A DNA stretch of 63,246 nucleotides, the filler included, from Platydemus manokwari (Eukaryota), in NCBI GenBank assembly GCA_037951405.1. It is 5 parts of 5 records of this genome, joined end to end, with 100 filler letters (N's around TTAATTAATTAA, not from the genome) between each part and the next. Parts side by side here need not be neighbours in the genome. Positions count along the whole stretch, not along the records: positions 1 to 9,987 come from JBBMOY011181656.1; positions 10,088 to 19,695 come from JBBMOY011225988.1; 3 more parts are not named here. The stretch is one strand, 5' to 3'. Position 1 is the first letter of the stretch. Every line of letters starts with the position of its first letter. The notes below the pieces were generated by a model, which worked only from the letters and a program-made list of their open reading frames with translations, was not told the origin of the DNA and searched no databases. A program made the translations under genes and the position numbers. Of the stretch, positions 1 to 19,795 are shown one piece after another.

Positions 1-1244
1 CATAAGATCTTCAATTTAATATTTAAAAATGAAAAGCCAATTTAAAAAAGGCCATTATTTTTGCACCAACCTAATACTTATTAGAAACGTCACCCATTAT
101 CAAATATAAAATATTTAATAATAAAAATAATATAATTTTATAATATCTAAAAAACACTTTGGAGAAAAATGCATTAAAATTTCCTTGTAATAAATTTATT
201 CATAAGATAATATTAAGAAATTACCCCTCATATATTACCACTTAATAATAATAACAAATAATTTGTCACATATTATAGCGCACAATGAATATTTGCAGTG
301 AATAAAGCATTGAATTAAATAATAATCGTAGTGAATGTGTATGAGTAACTGATCGATGCCTATATAATAAAGCAGCCCAAATGAATGCATACACTATAAT
401 TACATACAAAATCGATACACGATTTACAATTAAGAATAGCGTGAAGAAAGTTCAATTTTTGCCGGGTATTGGAATTCTATATATGCTTAGTATTCTACTG
501 GAATATCTAACAGTGAGATACTGTATTTATAAAATTATACATAATAATATTTACAATACCATATTTATTCTACTTATAGAGCTAAACTCATCATTGTAAA
601 CGATTTTACACCAACATTACGAAGGGATTCATAAACCATGATTGTCCAATAATCATCTTTACTCGTTGTGTGGCTATATTTGGAAACTAAAATTGTATCA
701 GCCTTAATATGTAGCCTTGATTACTAGCCATTTCAGATTCGAATATCATAGTTTATTTTATGAAAGAGTCTTTTCAGTGTCATCTCATCACTTTCAGTGG
801 TGAAAGTGTTGATGATATTAAAATTTAATTCGAAAACAATATTGGGTCGACCTTGTCTTCAAACGACAGAATGCATGATTGAGGTTAGGCAAAAAAAGTA
901 AAATAAAATAACCTCCCGACGGACATTAGAGCACACGAGACTGATCAGATGTAATTTGTTGTGATCTCGAAACTATTTTGATTAGGCAATTAAATAAGAA
1001 TAATTGGAACCCAAAAAATTACTAAAAGCTTGCATATAATTTCTTGTTATTACATTTTTTCTTTATCTTTCTTAGTTTTAAATTTTCTTAATTTAAAAAT
1101 ATAATTTTTGGTTATCTCTACGATGGCTTCTATTTTTAGATTTTTATTTATTTCATTTCTATTTTGATATTTATTTAAATCTATTTTTATATTTGTGGCT
1201 ATTTTTCATTTATGTATTCACCTTTCGTTTGAAAATTTTGAAAA

Positions 1245-1277
<33 letters not shown>

Positions 1278-1292
1278 AATATTATTATTATT
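1245..1292. repeat. (ATT)n microsatellite, interrupted
   Basis: About ten perfect ATT units, a short break, then four more. Confidence 0.9.
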
Positions 1293-3404
1293 TGATGAAA
1301 AAAATTGATTATTATTTATTATTTATTTTCAATCAATTATTATACAGATGATCTGTTTCTAAAATTATTCAATATTATTAGACAGAATGATTAAACTCTA
1401 TCAGGAAAATAAGAAAAATCATTCCAATGCCATTAAGAATGAATTTTTGTTGCCATGTTGTCGTATTATGTCGTATTATTAGTTGCTATTTTCATATGAT
1501 GTGTTATCATTTTACCAGTTATCATTGTTTTACTAAAATTATTCTTTTGTTTGCTCCCATAGATGGCAAGAGATGTCTTTCTATTGTTTATTCATATCTC
1601 GTTTAATCTTGCTTTTTGAATCAATTTATCAAATGAGGCTCCCATATGCAAAATCAAGGGCCATTCTTTATCGTTCTCTAAAAGCGATCTTTCATACCTT
1701 TTATTCAAATCACTGGACCAATCTGTTCCATTTCCATATCAAACTTTTACATGAAATATCAATTGTTGTGTACATTTTTCAACATGGTCTGCAGTCATTT
1801 GTTTTCGATTTTAGAATTTCTGACTACACAAATCTATCGTGTAATTGCCAACAATATTTTAGCTTCAAAATTTTCTCTCAATGATTTTCAATATATATGA
1901 GACTGCCTAATATTTATGACATTATTCTTTATTAAACAGATCTGAAAGTACCTAATCGATATATTTGTCATTTATTTATAAATATCCGAAACTTGATAAT
2001 AAAATCGTACTACAACAAATTAATGAATTTTATAAACAAACTATGATTGATTTGTATCTTGATTATTTATATCTTTATCTGTTTTATCTCCAACATTTTG
2101 CGAAATTATTCAATATTTTCAACTTTATTTATTTTCGCCTGTGATAACAATGATTCCGAGCTCCTTAACATTTATATGCTATATAATAAATAATATGTAA
2201 TAATTTTCTTTCATTATCTATTTTTATTTACTATACTTGTCACTCGATTATTATTTCTCATCGCTATAAGTAAATATAAATTTAATTAAAAATGTAAATA
2301 TTTTAAACCATCAATTTATAAATGATTCACACGATAACTGATGATCCATTGTGTTATTGAAGAAAATCGTCTGAGCATTTCAGGAAAACATGACTGTATT
2401 CACATAATTTTATTTAAAATGGATCTCAATTTATAATATTATCAATTAATTATAAGTTAGGATTTTCAACAATATAATTTGGAAAAAATATCAAATTACA
2501 CACTTCATTTCATATCTATTTATAAAGATAGCCATAAATGATGGCAACCTATTGTATTTAGATACAAGATCAGTGGCAATAGATTACGAAAACATTATTT
2601 ACCATATGATTTCTCAACACATTAAATCTCAAATAGATCAGAAGCGTAATCACAATGAAACCTTGATATGATCCAACCTACATAACTTCGTTATTTATCA
2701 ATTTTATTTTCATCAGTAAAAACTCTTGTATGTCAAACATATTCTTTTAATCTTAACTAATATTTATTATTTTGTAAATAACAATTGTCACAAAATCCTA
2801 AATTTGCTGGGCAATTTTGAAAGTTTTTCGTACAAAACGATGAGCATATTAACAACACTAAGATCCTTCGCAACTTGACAATTGACAACCAGAAAAAATA
2901 TTCATTTTAGTAAGATAGTTTGAAACGATAACCAAAAATGTTGTTAAAATGAAAAAAACCGTTATCCATAAAATCTATTGCCAGTTCAACATTGAGAATA
3001 TCAAACATAGATAGTCACAGATTAATTTCATTCTTTTCAATTTCACAATTCAATTCCTTAATCAATCTTGATTCATAATTCCACCCAAAAGAATCGGACA
3101 AATATTTTTGATCCAGAAAACATCGAACGGGGAGGTATACACTTGACCAGCAGTGAATGCCTCCTGTTCATACACATTATCTCTCATACACACCAGTTAT
3201 TATTAACACACTACAGGCAGACAAAAGCAAAATATAGAAACTTTATTAACATGATAAAAGTAATGAATCTAGCAGTCACGCACGCACGCACGCACATCAA
3301 GAACAACAATCTAAGCCATCATCAATAACAGACAAACGCATTATTGCGACACACAAACACGTTTGGCGACCAATTTGGTGTGTGTGGTCTCGTCAATTTA
3401 TGTT

Positions 3405-6400
3405 TTACTGATTCCTCAGTTTCGACAACTCCTTCACTGCCCAAACAGCATATTTTTTCGTGCTGGCGTTTTTAAAGTTTCTTCCTCGGGTCAAAAGTGC
3501 CTTGATTCCTTCGGTGTCGAGAATTTGCATGGAATCCTTGCCGAATCCGGTAGCAATGTCACTGAAAAAATAGAGTTATAACGAGACGATTCCTTGTTCC
3601 CATCGCACTCACCCAACCAAACCACAACAAGATCCAATCAATTCTTCTGATGAAACATTTTGTGCTCCAATGTGCTCCATGAAATTGATAATGAATCCCA
3701 TATACGGGATGATGAAATTGAGCTTGTCGATATTTTCCTGTGGATATTGGCTCTTGGCACCTTGGATGAGACCGACAAATGTTTCGATACAGCTCTGGCG
3801 TAACATATTCAGATAATCAATCATATCGGGATCATTCTAGAAATATGAAATGAATGGATAGAGCTGGCAAGTAATCAATATCAAATTTACCATATCGACC
3901 TCAGCCTGACAGGCTTGTTTCAAAGTTTCGAGAACTTGTGGACGGTAAATAGCGAAATTGTCGCCTAGCAACAAGGCAAAATCACTGAAAGTGCTGATAA
4001 TGAGCGGCAATAAAGATCTCTGAGTAGATGGATTCTATAAGAAAAAATGGAATCACTGTCATACACTGTCAAAACACATACGCGAAGTGTATTGAAGAGA
4101 ATATTGAATATTTCATCCAAATATGGAACCAATTCAACTGTGACGCTACGAGCTAGATCACCGAGAATACCAACAGCACTGGAACAGATCTGTTGCTCTG
4201 TCACATTATTCAAACACGACACAAGAATACTCATAAAATGTGTCAAATATTTGCTAAAAGCTGGTCCAATGGCATCAATAAGAGCATTAACGGCTATTAG
4301 AGCATCCTCTTGAACTCCCGTATATCGATTCATGGTGTTATTCTGTGCTCGATCGAACATCACCATTAAAACAGACATGATTTGATCAGCGATATTCTGT
4401 GCATCAGTTCGTTCGATCTTTCTCAAAACGCTTTGAAGTGTGCCGCACAACAAGCTCTGATATTCAGCCAATTGCATTCGATCTTGAGATGACATGGCAG
4501 CTTGATCCATCTGTAAAATGTTGTCCAATTTCTGTAAAACAATCATTGTCGTTTGTTGAATGCACGAATAACAATCTTTGGGAGCACTTTTTATCATTTC
4601 CATCAATGCGCTATATGCAGCATTGCGAAGATTTGATTGGCCACAATCAGGTCGATTTGTGGTTTGCAACAATTGTTCGACAATATTTGAGAAATAAGGA
4701 CTCAATTTATATGTTCGAGGCTCACATGATTGGCCATCACCATCAAGATCTGTCAAACAAATCACAACAAATCAATCCAAATCCACAATCAATCCAAATA
4801 ACTCACTAGCTGTGCTCTTCATTTCAACCGAATAAGCACCCTCTGCCAAGCTGCTAAATGCCCAACACACATTTGTCGCTACTTTGGCTTCTGAACTCAA
4901 AGCTGCAACCATAGCTTGCAACAATGCTGGCAAACAAGCATCACCGAGAGGAACTTCAGGTAAAACCTCACAAACACGTCCAACAGTCCAAGCTGCTGTA
5001 TCTCTGACAATGGAGACAGGATCAGCTAATAGCTCTGTAATAACTGGCATTGCTTGTGTCACTAAACCCTCCAAGCTCTGTGGTGAAGGTCCTTCTAAAA
5101 TGCTACCAAATGCCATTACAGCTGCATCTCGACGTTTCCAATCTTCATGTCTGATATAAGCTTGAACGTATGGCAGAACGAGTTCAACAATGGCTTCTTC
5201 ACAAGCTTGAGATAACAAAGCTAAACACACACCAGCAGCTTTGTGAGGATTCCATTCATCTTCATCATCACCTTCTTCTTGTTTCTCCAAGATCTCCAGT
5301 AAAAGAGGCACCAAAAATTTCACTGCTCCACGAGCATAATATTTGCTATGGTTTGTGATCGGTGTTCCATGATCTTGAGCTTCGGCGACTTCGAGAGCTA
5401 TTTCGATTTCTTCTTCACAAACTGACGACCAAAATTCAATCCCTTGCAACACGACTGCATCAAAATTGCTTTTCATAGCTTCAACAGTGATCTAGATACA
5501 ATATATAGAGATGTACAGAATCCATGGAATCATGATTCACATACCGCAAATAGAGCTCTTTGCATATAAATCTCCATATACATGTAATAATTGGTCATGA
5601 TTTTCACCAAACATTGCAATGCTACGACAGAAATATTGGTATCTTGGCATTGAGTGCTTTCACATACAACTTGCATAATATAATTTCTCTCCGTCTAAAA
5701 TAAACATGTCAATTCAATCCCAAATATATTCTATTAAATGCTTTAAACGATCTTTATTAAAACATTATTTATCAATAATATTTCATTACTTCATTATCAA
5801 AATTTTGTCTTGTAAAATCCAAAGAATTCAAAAGAGCTTGTGTTGCTGCCAATTTCACACGATTACTGGGTTCCTCTTTTTTCATTCCGTAAATAATACC
5901 AGTTAAAATGTGATCAGATTGTGTTGCTAGTATATTTGGATCCTATTTTAAATCAATAATTAAATATCAGCTCAGAAACTTCCTTACGATATCATTACAA
6001 ATATAACCAATAGCTTCCAATGATGCTTGTTTTAAGGTTTCTGTGCTGTTGGGTGCAGTGATATTCTGGACTAACAATTGCATCACATCTGACCATTGAT
6101 TGGTTGGTATTTCAGCACATGCTATATAAGCAACACATTGAGCAGCAGAATGGAATCCTTGATCTTGTGTCCCGAGCGAACTAAAGCACTAAATATTGTA
6201 TCCCATTTAATATAAAAAATCATTTAGAAACTAAATTTGCTAACATTAATCTTAATTTGTTGACGAATTTCAGGTGGCATTGATAGCCAACGGCTCTGAT
6301 TGATTGCTTTTTGTTCCGTTTCATTGGAATAAATAACGTTTTTCAGTTGTAAACCTGCTTGCATACGAACAACAGGTGATAGAGATGAATTGGTGAGAAT

Positions 6401-6584
6401 CTGACTAAGATGCAAAATAACGAGTTGATATTGAGTTGCAATTGCATTTTCTAAATAATCCCGAGCTGCTGCAAGCTCTTGCTGATCTATAAAGATAAAA
6501 AATTAAAATATTACATATCTACCATAATTTCCACATACTAGACGAAACGGTTTTTTCAAGAATTTGTACAAGCTGAATTTCCAT
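3405..6584 (-). CDS. KPNB1: Importin subunit beta-1 (karyopherin beta 1), complete, 10 exons, ~889 aa
   Basis: Hand-spliced exons 6584-6539, 6486-6245, 6188-5988, 5942-5790, 5694-5545, 5491-4807, 4749-4082, 4034-3891, 3836-3613 and 3561-3405 total 2670 nt, all GT-AG, with a continuous frame. N-terminus [15 protein letters not shown] and motifs [21 protein letters not shown], acidic loop [34 protein letters not shown] and [14 protein letters not shown] are typical importin-beta. AATAAA lies ~160 nt after the stop (3247-3242). Confidence 0.97.
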
Positions 6585-9500
6585 GAGTCAATATGTTGAA
6601 GGTAGATTTAAAAATAGATATTTATTTAAACAATGTATAAAACGATAATCAAAAAAGTATAAATTTCAAATTAATAAGTTGAATAATAAATGGAGTTGAA
6701 ATTGGAAATATAATTATTAAATTAACTTTAGAATTATTAATTAGAGTTTATTTTAATTTTGAAAGTTCAAGCAATAACTTGAAAAAATTATTTTAACTTC
6801 GAAAGATTAATTTTATTTAATTTTAATTAATTTTAAAATTATTTTGCAAATTTTATATCTATACACCTTTTGATAAAATTTATGTAAATTTATAGGTTTA
6901 CAACAAAACTTACCCTTTCTAGCATCATGTATAAATAATAATGTATAAATTTATTTATGACTCTTATTCCGTCACAAAGTGATCTCAATTAAATAAAAAA
7001 TCTTTTAAAAAAATCGGTTTTGTTAATTTATATCTTACCAATGTTGACGAATTGTTAATTGATTACACTTTCGTGTAAAAATACATTACTAATGAAATTA
7101 TGGTAACTTTTTTGTGCTGAATATGGATAAAATCAATAGCCAGAACATTGTAAACTGCTTTTTACTCTAGGATCCATAGTTTGAATTTTAAGTACATTTC
7201 AAATATTCAAATGTCTCCCATTAATAACTTTCGAGTTACAGCAATAATTTTCACAATTGTCAATACTATTCTTATAATAAATAATTGTCTCCGTATGATC
7301 AGTCTCGAAATAATATGAATTTATCTATACTTAGTTTAAAAATTGAATTGGCCAAGATTTATTGCCAATACAAAAAACATTTCATTGTTAAAAACCCTTT
7401 TATTTTAAGCTTTAACTATAAAGAAACGATTAAGAACAGGCACAATTTTTCAATAATTATTTATTTCGCAATATCATATGCATTTAATTATTTTATTAGC
7501 AATTACAATTAATTTGACCCAGACAGTAATTTTAAAATAATCACCTTACTATCTTAACGAGACAAAAGCAAGAAACTTTTGTATTTTAAACTACAACAGT
7601 GAATTAGTAAGCTCCGTTAATACATTTATCAATACTATAATTTTGAAGTTGTCACAAATTACCTTTTCCTTAAGAAGTAGTGAGCTGTGTTCCCAATTAC
7701 GTTTTAAATTCTATACAAGAAATAATTTTAGATGGTTGTTACAACTTTCCAAATATACTCTCGTAATATTTGTATTACCGGTGTTATTGTCTTTCTCTGA
7801 TTTTCACTTAGCATTTGTATCAGTTTTATGACTTAAATGTTGTTGAATTATTCTATTTATCGGATTTTTTGTTTATTAAATGAAAATGATTTATTTTAAT
7901 AGATTTTTATTTTCCAATTTTTCTTATCTTAATTTCTAGTCTTGTTTAGTTATTTCATTTTGCTAGTTATTAATATTGTTGGGTATAACCCTATAATAAA
8001 TAAAAATTATAATTAATATATAATTTTTTTACAAATTCCAACAAAATGACTCATTTTTAAGATAAAAATTATAAAATATCCAAAAATAGATTAATAATCT
8101 AAATATGGAATAAAATAACCCCTAAAATAGAATCAAAATTAACAACATGCTTAAAAATAACTACAAGATAAATTAAAGAGATAGAAATAGTAATAATAAC
8201 ATTTCAAAATAATGGAAAGATATAATAAAGATAAAATAATTAATATAAATAAGGGGATTTAATTACAAAGTTAGCCCGAGCACTTGATATCATAAGAATT
8301 CATGAAATTTTATTCTACTGAAACGGAATATAAATAGACAACACTCCCATATACATTAGTAAAAAAAGAAAAATTGCTCGTAATCAAATGTACATTATAT
8401 ATTTTGACTACTATTTGTACAGTGAATTCATTCATTCACCAAATAATAAATTGTATCTTATACAATCACTCTGCCTTTGAATTATACTATTTTACGCGAC
8501 GTAAGCATTATTATTGTGTCATATAATTCTTAAAGGCTTTATAATATTACTTAAATCCATATTTTGAAAACTCTTGTTTTGATAAATTGTTAACGCAGAT
8601 CCGTCATTTTTAGATTGAACTCCGTCCAACTTGAAATTAAAATCATAATATCAAATTTTAAAATCATCTAGCAAATCAAGTTTAGTGGTTACGGTGACAT
8701 TAATGTCAACCAATAATAAATTATTTCCTGAGAACTCTAACAGGCATAACCATAAGAGATCGAATAAAGTTTCATTCTTTAGTGATAAAGTCTGGCAATA
8801 GAAAATTAAACAAACCCCCAATAAAACCTGGTTGTTTGTTAAAAACATACAAAACCACATCAAACCCAACATTATTATTATTATTATTTTTTAATTGCTT
8901 TACATTGAATATTTACTCCACATTTTTTACAATTTTAGTTCAAATTCATGAGTAATTTAAGTTCGTTAATATTTAAATTCATCACTTTTATTTATTCTAT
9001 TCTAATACTATATTTATGCTGCACACACACACACACTGAAATAATCAATTGGATTTTATCATTAGCTGTGACAGAATTTTTTTTTATTTCTGTTTGAGTA
9101 TCTGTATGATGAAGATAAAATATCTCCATGCTTTTCGAATATAAAATATTCCACAGAAATGAATGAACTTCAAATATCTATTTAACTTGGAAACAAGGAT
9201 GTAATTCTATCGAAATAGTCTTGTTCGTACACCGGCCATTTATCTGGACTCATAATCCTGAGACAGAATAATAAATCTTTTTCAATGACTAAAATATGGG
9301 TGACCAATTAAATCATTTTCTTGTATCAAAAATTATTTATTGATGAATTTCTAAGATTTTATCTTTATTGTAAGGCTGGGCAAAAATACTATCACAATGT
9401 GACAAAGGAAGAAAGATAATCCCTGAATTAAAGCAGAAATAAGTGTTTTCCATAAATCATATGTTCTTGAGAACTAACAAGAAGACTTAAAACAGTATCA

Positions 9501-9987
9501 GATGTGAATAAACGGTTTGCATATGATAAATGAAAAATTACAGAAATTATCATGGATCAAACTAGGTTTCTTTCATATAAATATTCTTTTCTTACAATAC
9601 CTATTCACTTTTTAGTTTTTCTACAACTATTCACTACCTGGTCATGTCTCAAAAAATGAAGCATAGAATAATATTATGAAAATATATATACAAAAATATA
9701 ATGAGAAATATAATGAAAATTTTACTTTTAAATACAGATTCAGATATTTAATTATCTCATTATAATTATTTACTTCATCGAAAGATCACATCTATTGTGA
9801 TTTCTAAAACGTTTTATTCCTTATCAATTATTGTGTTATCACGAATAAATATATAAATACCCACAGTAATAATTAAAAATAATAGTAGTAAATGGTAGTA
9901 ATAGTATTTCATGTGGTCCCCGATCGGGAAGAGAAGACAAGGAAGACCAAGAACAACATTAAAAAGAACAATTACAAAAGAACTAAA

Positions 9988-10087
9988 NNNNNNNNNNNNN
10001 NNNNNNNNNNNNNNNNNNNNNNNNNNNNNNNTTAATTAATTAANNNNNNNNNNNNNNNNNNNNNNNNNNNNNNNNNNNNNNNNNNNN
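9988..10087. other. Artificial 100-bp contig spacer (44 N + TTAATTAATTAA + 44 N)
   Basis: The same structure occurs four times, and the 12-mer gives stop codons in all six frames. Confidence 0.97.
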
Positions 10088-10212
10088 ATTTTTTTAAAAA
10101 AAGGGGGGTATCTTTTTTTCATTTTTTTTAATTTTTAAAAAGGAGGGGGGTATCTTTTTTTTAAATTTTTTTTGGGGGTGTGTGTTCTTATAGTCTTTTC
10201 CCCTCTACTTAC

Positions 10213-10504
10213 TTTGCATCTCAGTCTTTGAATTGGTCTTGGCTTGAATTGTTGATGATTTATCCGTGGTATCTTTTGACGGGACAAAGAGAGACCGCCA
10301 TTTTAGTTCGATTTCTTTGTCAACTCGGAATGAGTTGTCAGAGTTTTGGAGCGAGCCGCACGCCAGCAAACGATTGTCAGTTTCTTGAGTTTTAAGTTTC
10401 TTTGAATTCTTGGATTTCTTTTTAGTTGTTTTATTTCGTGTTTCCGTATCTGCTGGGATATTTTTATCATCATCAAGACCAACTGTGAGATTTTCTCCAT
10501 GTGA
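10213..10504 (-). CDS. Candidate internal exon of an unknown Lys/Ser/Thr-rich protein (missed by the ORF track)
   Basis: Stop-free ~97-codon frame SHGENLTVGLDDDKNIPADTETRNKTTKKKSKNSKKLK...KEIELKWRSLFVPSKD...SKTEMQ with raised GC. It ends at a consensus donor A|GTAAGT (10212). The acceptor (CCCAG at 10505) is weak, and the contig ends shortly after. Confidence 0.4.
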
Positions 10505-11611
10505 CTGGGTTTTTTTTTATTTTAAAGTCAATTAAGTTTCAATATTTGGAAATTTAGAGAATGATTAGAGTAATCTTAATGCCATCATAAATTAAGTTTT
10601 TTGCGATTGGACTTCTGTCTTATTTTGAATTTGTTTCTGCGTATTATTTTAATCACTAATAACATGCATGGTGAAGACCAACTTGTGCCTCAAAATACAG
10701 CATTTCATTAAACAGACATGTCAATAACATCCAAGATATTTCTCTCTTTTTGGAGATTCGGTTATCACTATGAGCAGTGAGATAATGATAGAACTTTTAA
10801 GTTATCAATAATCTTTATTAATTAATCTTGGTAATGACGGGTGCATGTCTCGTTTGTACTTTTTTGTCTATCTTTATCAAACTTCAATTTAGTAGATATA
10901 TCTAATATCACTCTAGAATCGCAGGTCAGATAACAAAGATATTATTGGATAAAGATGAGATTATTTAATTATTAACATTATTCAAATTTATCTACACTAA
11001 ACTTTTCTTTTAATATTTAGATATGTTTCAGCCGAAAATACCATATTTTAATATCCCATCATCAGATGCTTGTGGAATACTATTATTATCAATCAGCTAT
11101 TTCGATATTTATGAGATAAATATTGGACATTTAGATAAAAATTCAGTTACATGTTTGCTCGAGTGTACTTTTGTAATTATATCTGATACATGAAAATAGA
11201 ATCCACTATTGGACAAATTAATAAAACTGAAAAATATTTAGATGAACATCAATGTCCATATAAAACAGTAATTATTCAAATTGGATATCAGAAAAATCAT
11301 AATTATCAAAAACACTCTTGGAAAAATTTTATACCGGAAAAAATAAGTAAAGTTTACTTCATAATAAATGAACGATTTTTATGAGTTTATTTTTCAGGTA
11401 AAAATCCACCAATCATTATTAATTTCAAATTCAATTTTTCATATAATGATTACCTAAATTTATACTACTTATAAATAAAAGTGAATAATATTGTTCAAAA
11501 ACATCACCATTAAAAGGAATCAAAATATGGTACAATATCTTAAATAAAGGTAAAATCGTTCTAATTCTGATGAGTTTGTTTACCTAATTGGAAAGACTCG
11601 GGTTTATATAT

Positions 11612-13873
<2,262 letters not shown>

Positions 13874-15432
13874 TTTAATTATTAAGACGTGATTTAAAAG
13901 GAGCTTTTATAAATACAGTACCCGAGTTCAATTAACTGATTAATTGAAACAAATTTAACTTCATTTTAATTTGAAATTTGGCTAAAATAATTTTTAAAAA
14001 ACACTATTGAAAATTTTTTATAAAAGTTGAATGTTATGATTTCCTAATGTTGTAGAATAATTGTTACATGAATTATGTCATTATTTTTGGTTGTTGATAA
14101 ATTATGTGGTTAGAAAAGTAAAAAGTAATATAGTTGTAATATAGATCAATATTCAGAATTATTGAAAAAATTGAGGTTAATTTTATTAATTGACAAAAAT
14201 ATTTTTATTAGTTAGATTTATGTTTGTTAACGTATTGTTCCATCAACCTCAAGTAATCAATATGATTAAATCAAATGATGCATAACAAATTTATTAGCAT
14301 CAACGTTTTACAGAAAATTCATTTTATTAATTTAAGCTGTGATTTATTTGTTCCTAGTGATGATTATTCAATGGAAATTTGTTAAATTCTGGATTTTAAT
14401 TCTTCGAAATATATTAAAATTACAATTTATCCAAAATTTAACGATTATGCTGACGTAAGCTAAATTTTTTAAAAAATGAAGAATAACAATAAAGAATAAC
14501 GAAACAGCAAATTCAAGGCAATGATAAGTAACTCAATTTCGGAAAATATAAATATAAACATAGCAGTCACGACAACTCATGAGTTGCCATAACAACTTAA
14601 CTAAGGTAATTAGAAAAAATAATCGGACCTTGTGACACAGATATGAGTAATTTTTATTTATTATTATTAATGTTAATATTACCCAAGAAGGAATTATTAA
14701 ATCATGAAATCTCAAAGAACGTTTGACATCCTCGTAACTTTAAGTTTCCGCAGACCTATTCTTTCACCAGAATGGGGTGATAATAGTTCCAAAAACTGGT
14801 CTTTTAATCGGCTTCAGTGCATATCAACGTTACAATCATAAATAAGCAAAATTTGTAAATTAACTTGTGTAATTATTATTGTATAATTATCCATATCGAT
14901 TAAATAAACATTACTTAGTTCGATTATTTTATTATATAACCCGAATTTATACATGTAACCTAGCCTTGGAATTGTCTAACCATATATCCACCCTCGCAGC
15001 TGATAAATTATCACAGATATCGTCAAATTCCATCAACACAGTTTTTATACAAAACTGAAAAATGTCTTCGAACTAGCCAAGAATTAATAAGTGTTAGTCT
15101 CACTTGAAATTAAAAGCATTTTTTACAAATAAACTATGCTCATTAAAATCAATTAAAGTTGAAATCTTTACAAAAGTTCAAATGACAACTTTAATACCAC
15201 AATAGGTTACGAAAAACAATTGTTTTTTAAAAAAATATAATAAATAAAATTAAAAAACGCTCTTTATTAACATTATTTCAATGGAAATAAACAGCTGCTA
15301 ACATTTCATAAAATTATAAAATGTATTCAGATTGTCATAAAATAAACTGCTATTGCGTAAAACTTGAATTGCCATAAAACATAGTGAGATGATCATTAAC
15401 AAAATGAATCCTTTTGTCAAATGATTTCATAA

Positions 15433-18446
<3,014 letters not shown>

Positions 18447-19695
18447 CTAAAAATATCGGTTATCTTAATATCAAATGGTAAACTCATAATTAAATTTTGA
18501 TTCTCGTAAGTTCTTAAATGTGAAATAATTATTTTCTATTTTAAATTTTATTAAAATATGTTGCTTGGTTTTTTCAAAAGGAAGGTCAAAACATCTGAAA
18601 ATATATCGTTCTGTGCGGCGTCAAGAGAAATCGTAATTCACATGTGATAATTATTAACTTTCATATTTTTCTTGATGAAAAATAATATCATCAATTGGAA
18701 TGTTAATCCATCATCATTTCTACAGAATTTGATTTCCTTAAGAAAACCGAATAATCATAGCGTGGCTTAAGACATTAGGCAAAAATAATTTCGAATTAAA
18801 GAAAATTTGCGTTAAATTAAGTAAATGTTCGATGGCTCTGTAATAAAGATATTGAGAATGATGACTTACTCACATTATGTAACGAGAATTCCAAAGTTAT
18901 ATAAATCTGACAAATTTTTCAGATATTTGACTTTTTTGTCTTTTTGCATCTTTTTACAACATGGACGTTTTCAACAGGACAAAACCATTTTTCAACAACT
19001 AAATTATATGTTTGAAAACATATTATGAAATCTGTTGTAGAAAACCGACTTTATATTGGTGAACAAGAAAATATGCTCGAGCTCTAGATATATGTCTGAT
19101 AGAGCCCAACTTCACAAAACTTCCTTTCTCTCTTTCAATTTCCTACTAACGTTATCAATCCTTGAATGATAACAAAATAACAAAGCAAAAATAAGTAACA
19201 ACATCGAAAATCATTTGCTATTTCTAAACCCAACGCAGTTCAACTCTAATCTAACCTCATTCAATTTCATAACAAACGATTTTGTTTAGAGGAACTCATT
19301 AACAAGTCTACATCATCATTAAATTTCCAACAAATTCAACATCAACAAATAACCCATAATTCCAATTTATTTCATATTCATCAACAATTTATGTCATCAA
19401 GCAATTCAACAATTTATCCCATCAAATAAATATATCTGTAATCCACATGAAACTACTTAATTTAATTCCAAAATTTGCATACTATTAATCTTCAAATCAA
19501 ATTCTCCAATTCCAATCAATGACAATCATTTAATTGGCTTCCGTTAACATTTATCTTATTTCTGTATGATTAGAGAATGCGATATACTTCCAATAATACT
19601 GTATTGTCTTTAATCTTTATTCTTATGATATTGATTTTAACTCTATAACAGTAACAAGATGTTTTCACTGTCAGCGTCCTTAATGATTTTGATAA

Positions 19696-19795
19696 NNNNN
19701 NNNNNNNNNNNNNNNNNNNNNNNNNNNNNNNNNNNNNNNTTAATTAATTAANNNNNNNNNNNNNNNNNNNNNNNNNNNNNNNNNNNNNNNNNNNN
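19696..19795. other. Artificial 100-bp contig spacer
   Basis: N run with central TTAATTAATTAA at 19740-19751. Confidence 0.97.

Noticed and set aside
1440-1900. 103-aa ORF or possible gag remnant
   Set aside because: The plus-strand ORF has no motif and the minus strand has only a vague LHDRFV resemblance, so the call is not supportable.
3363-5906. Plus-strand ORFs overlapping importin-beta (also those opposite PGM, Kv4 and the Gypsy gag)
   Set aside because: These are antisense or alternate-frame shadows of real, GC-richer coding exons and carry no independent motifs.
10032-10043. Recurrent palindrome TTAATTAATTAA as a biological motif or repeat array
   Set aside because: It is always centred in exactly 100 bp of N padding, which marks an assembly linker.
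10088-10180. Tandem ~45-bp repeat with G/T homopolymers
   Set aside because: It sits at a contig edge and looks like low-quality read-end sequence.
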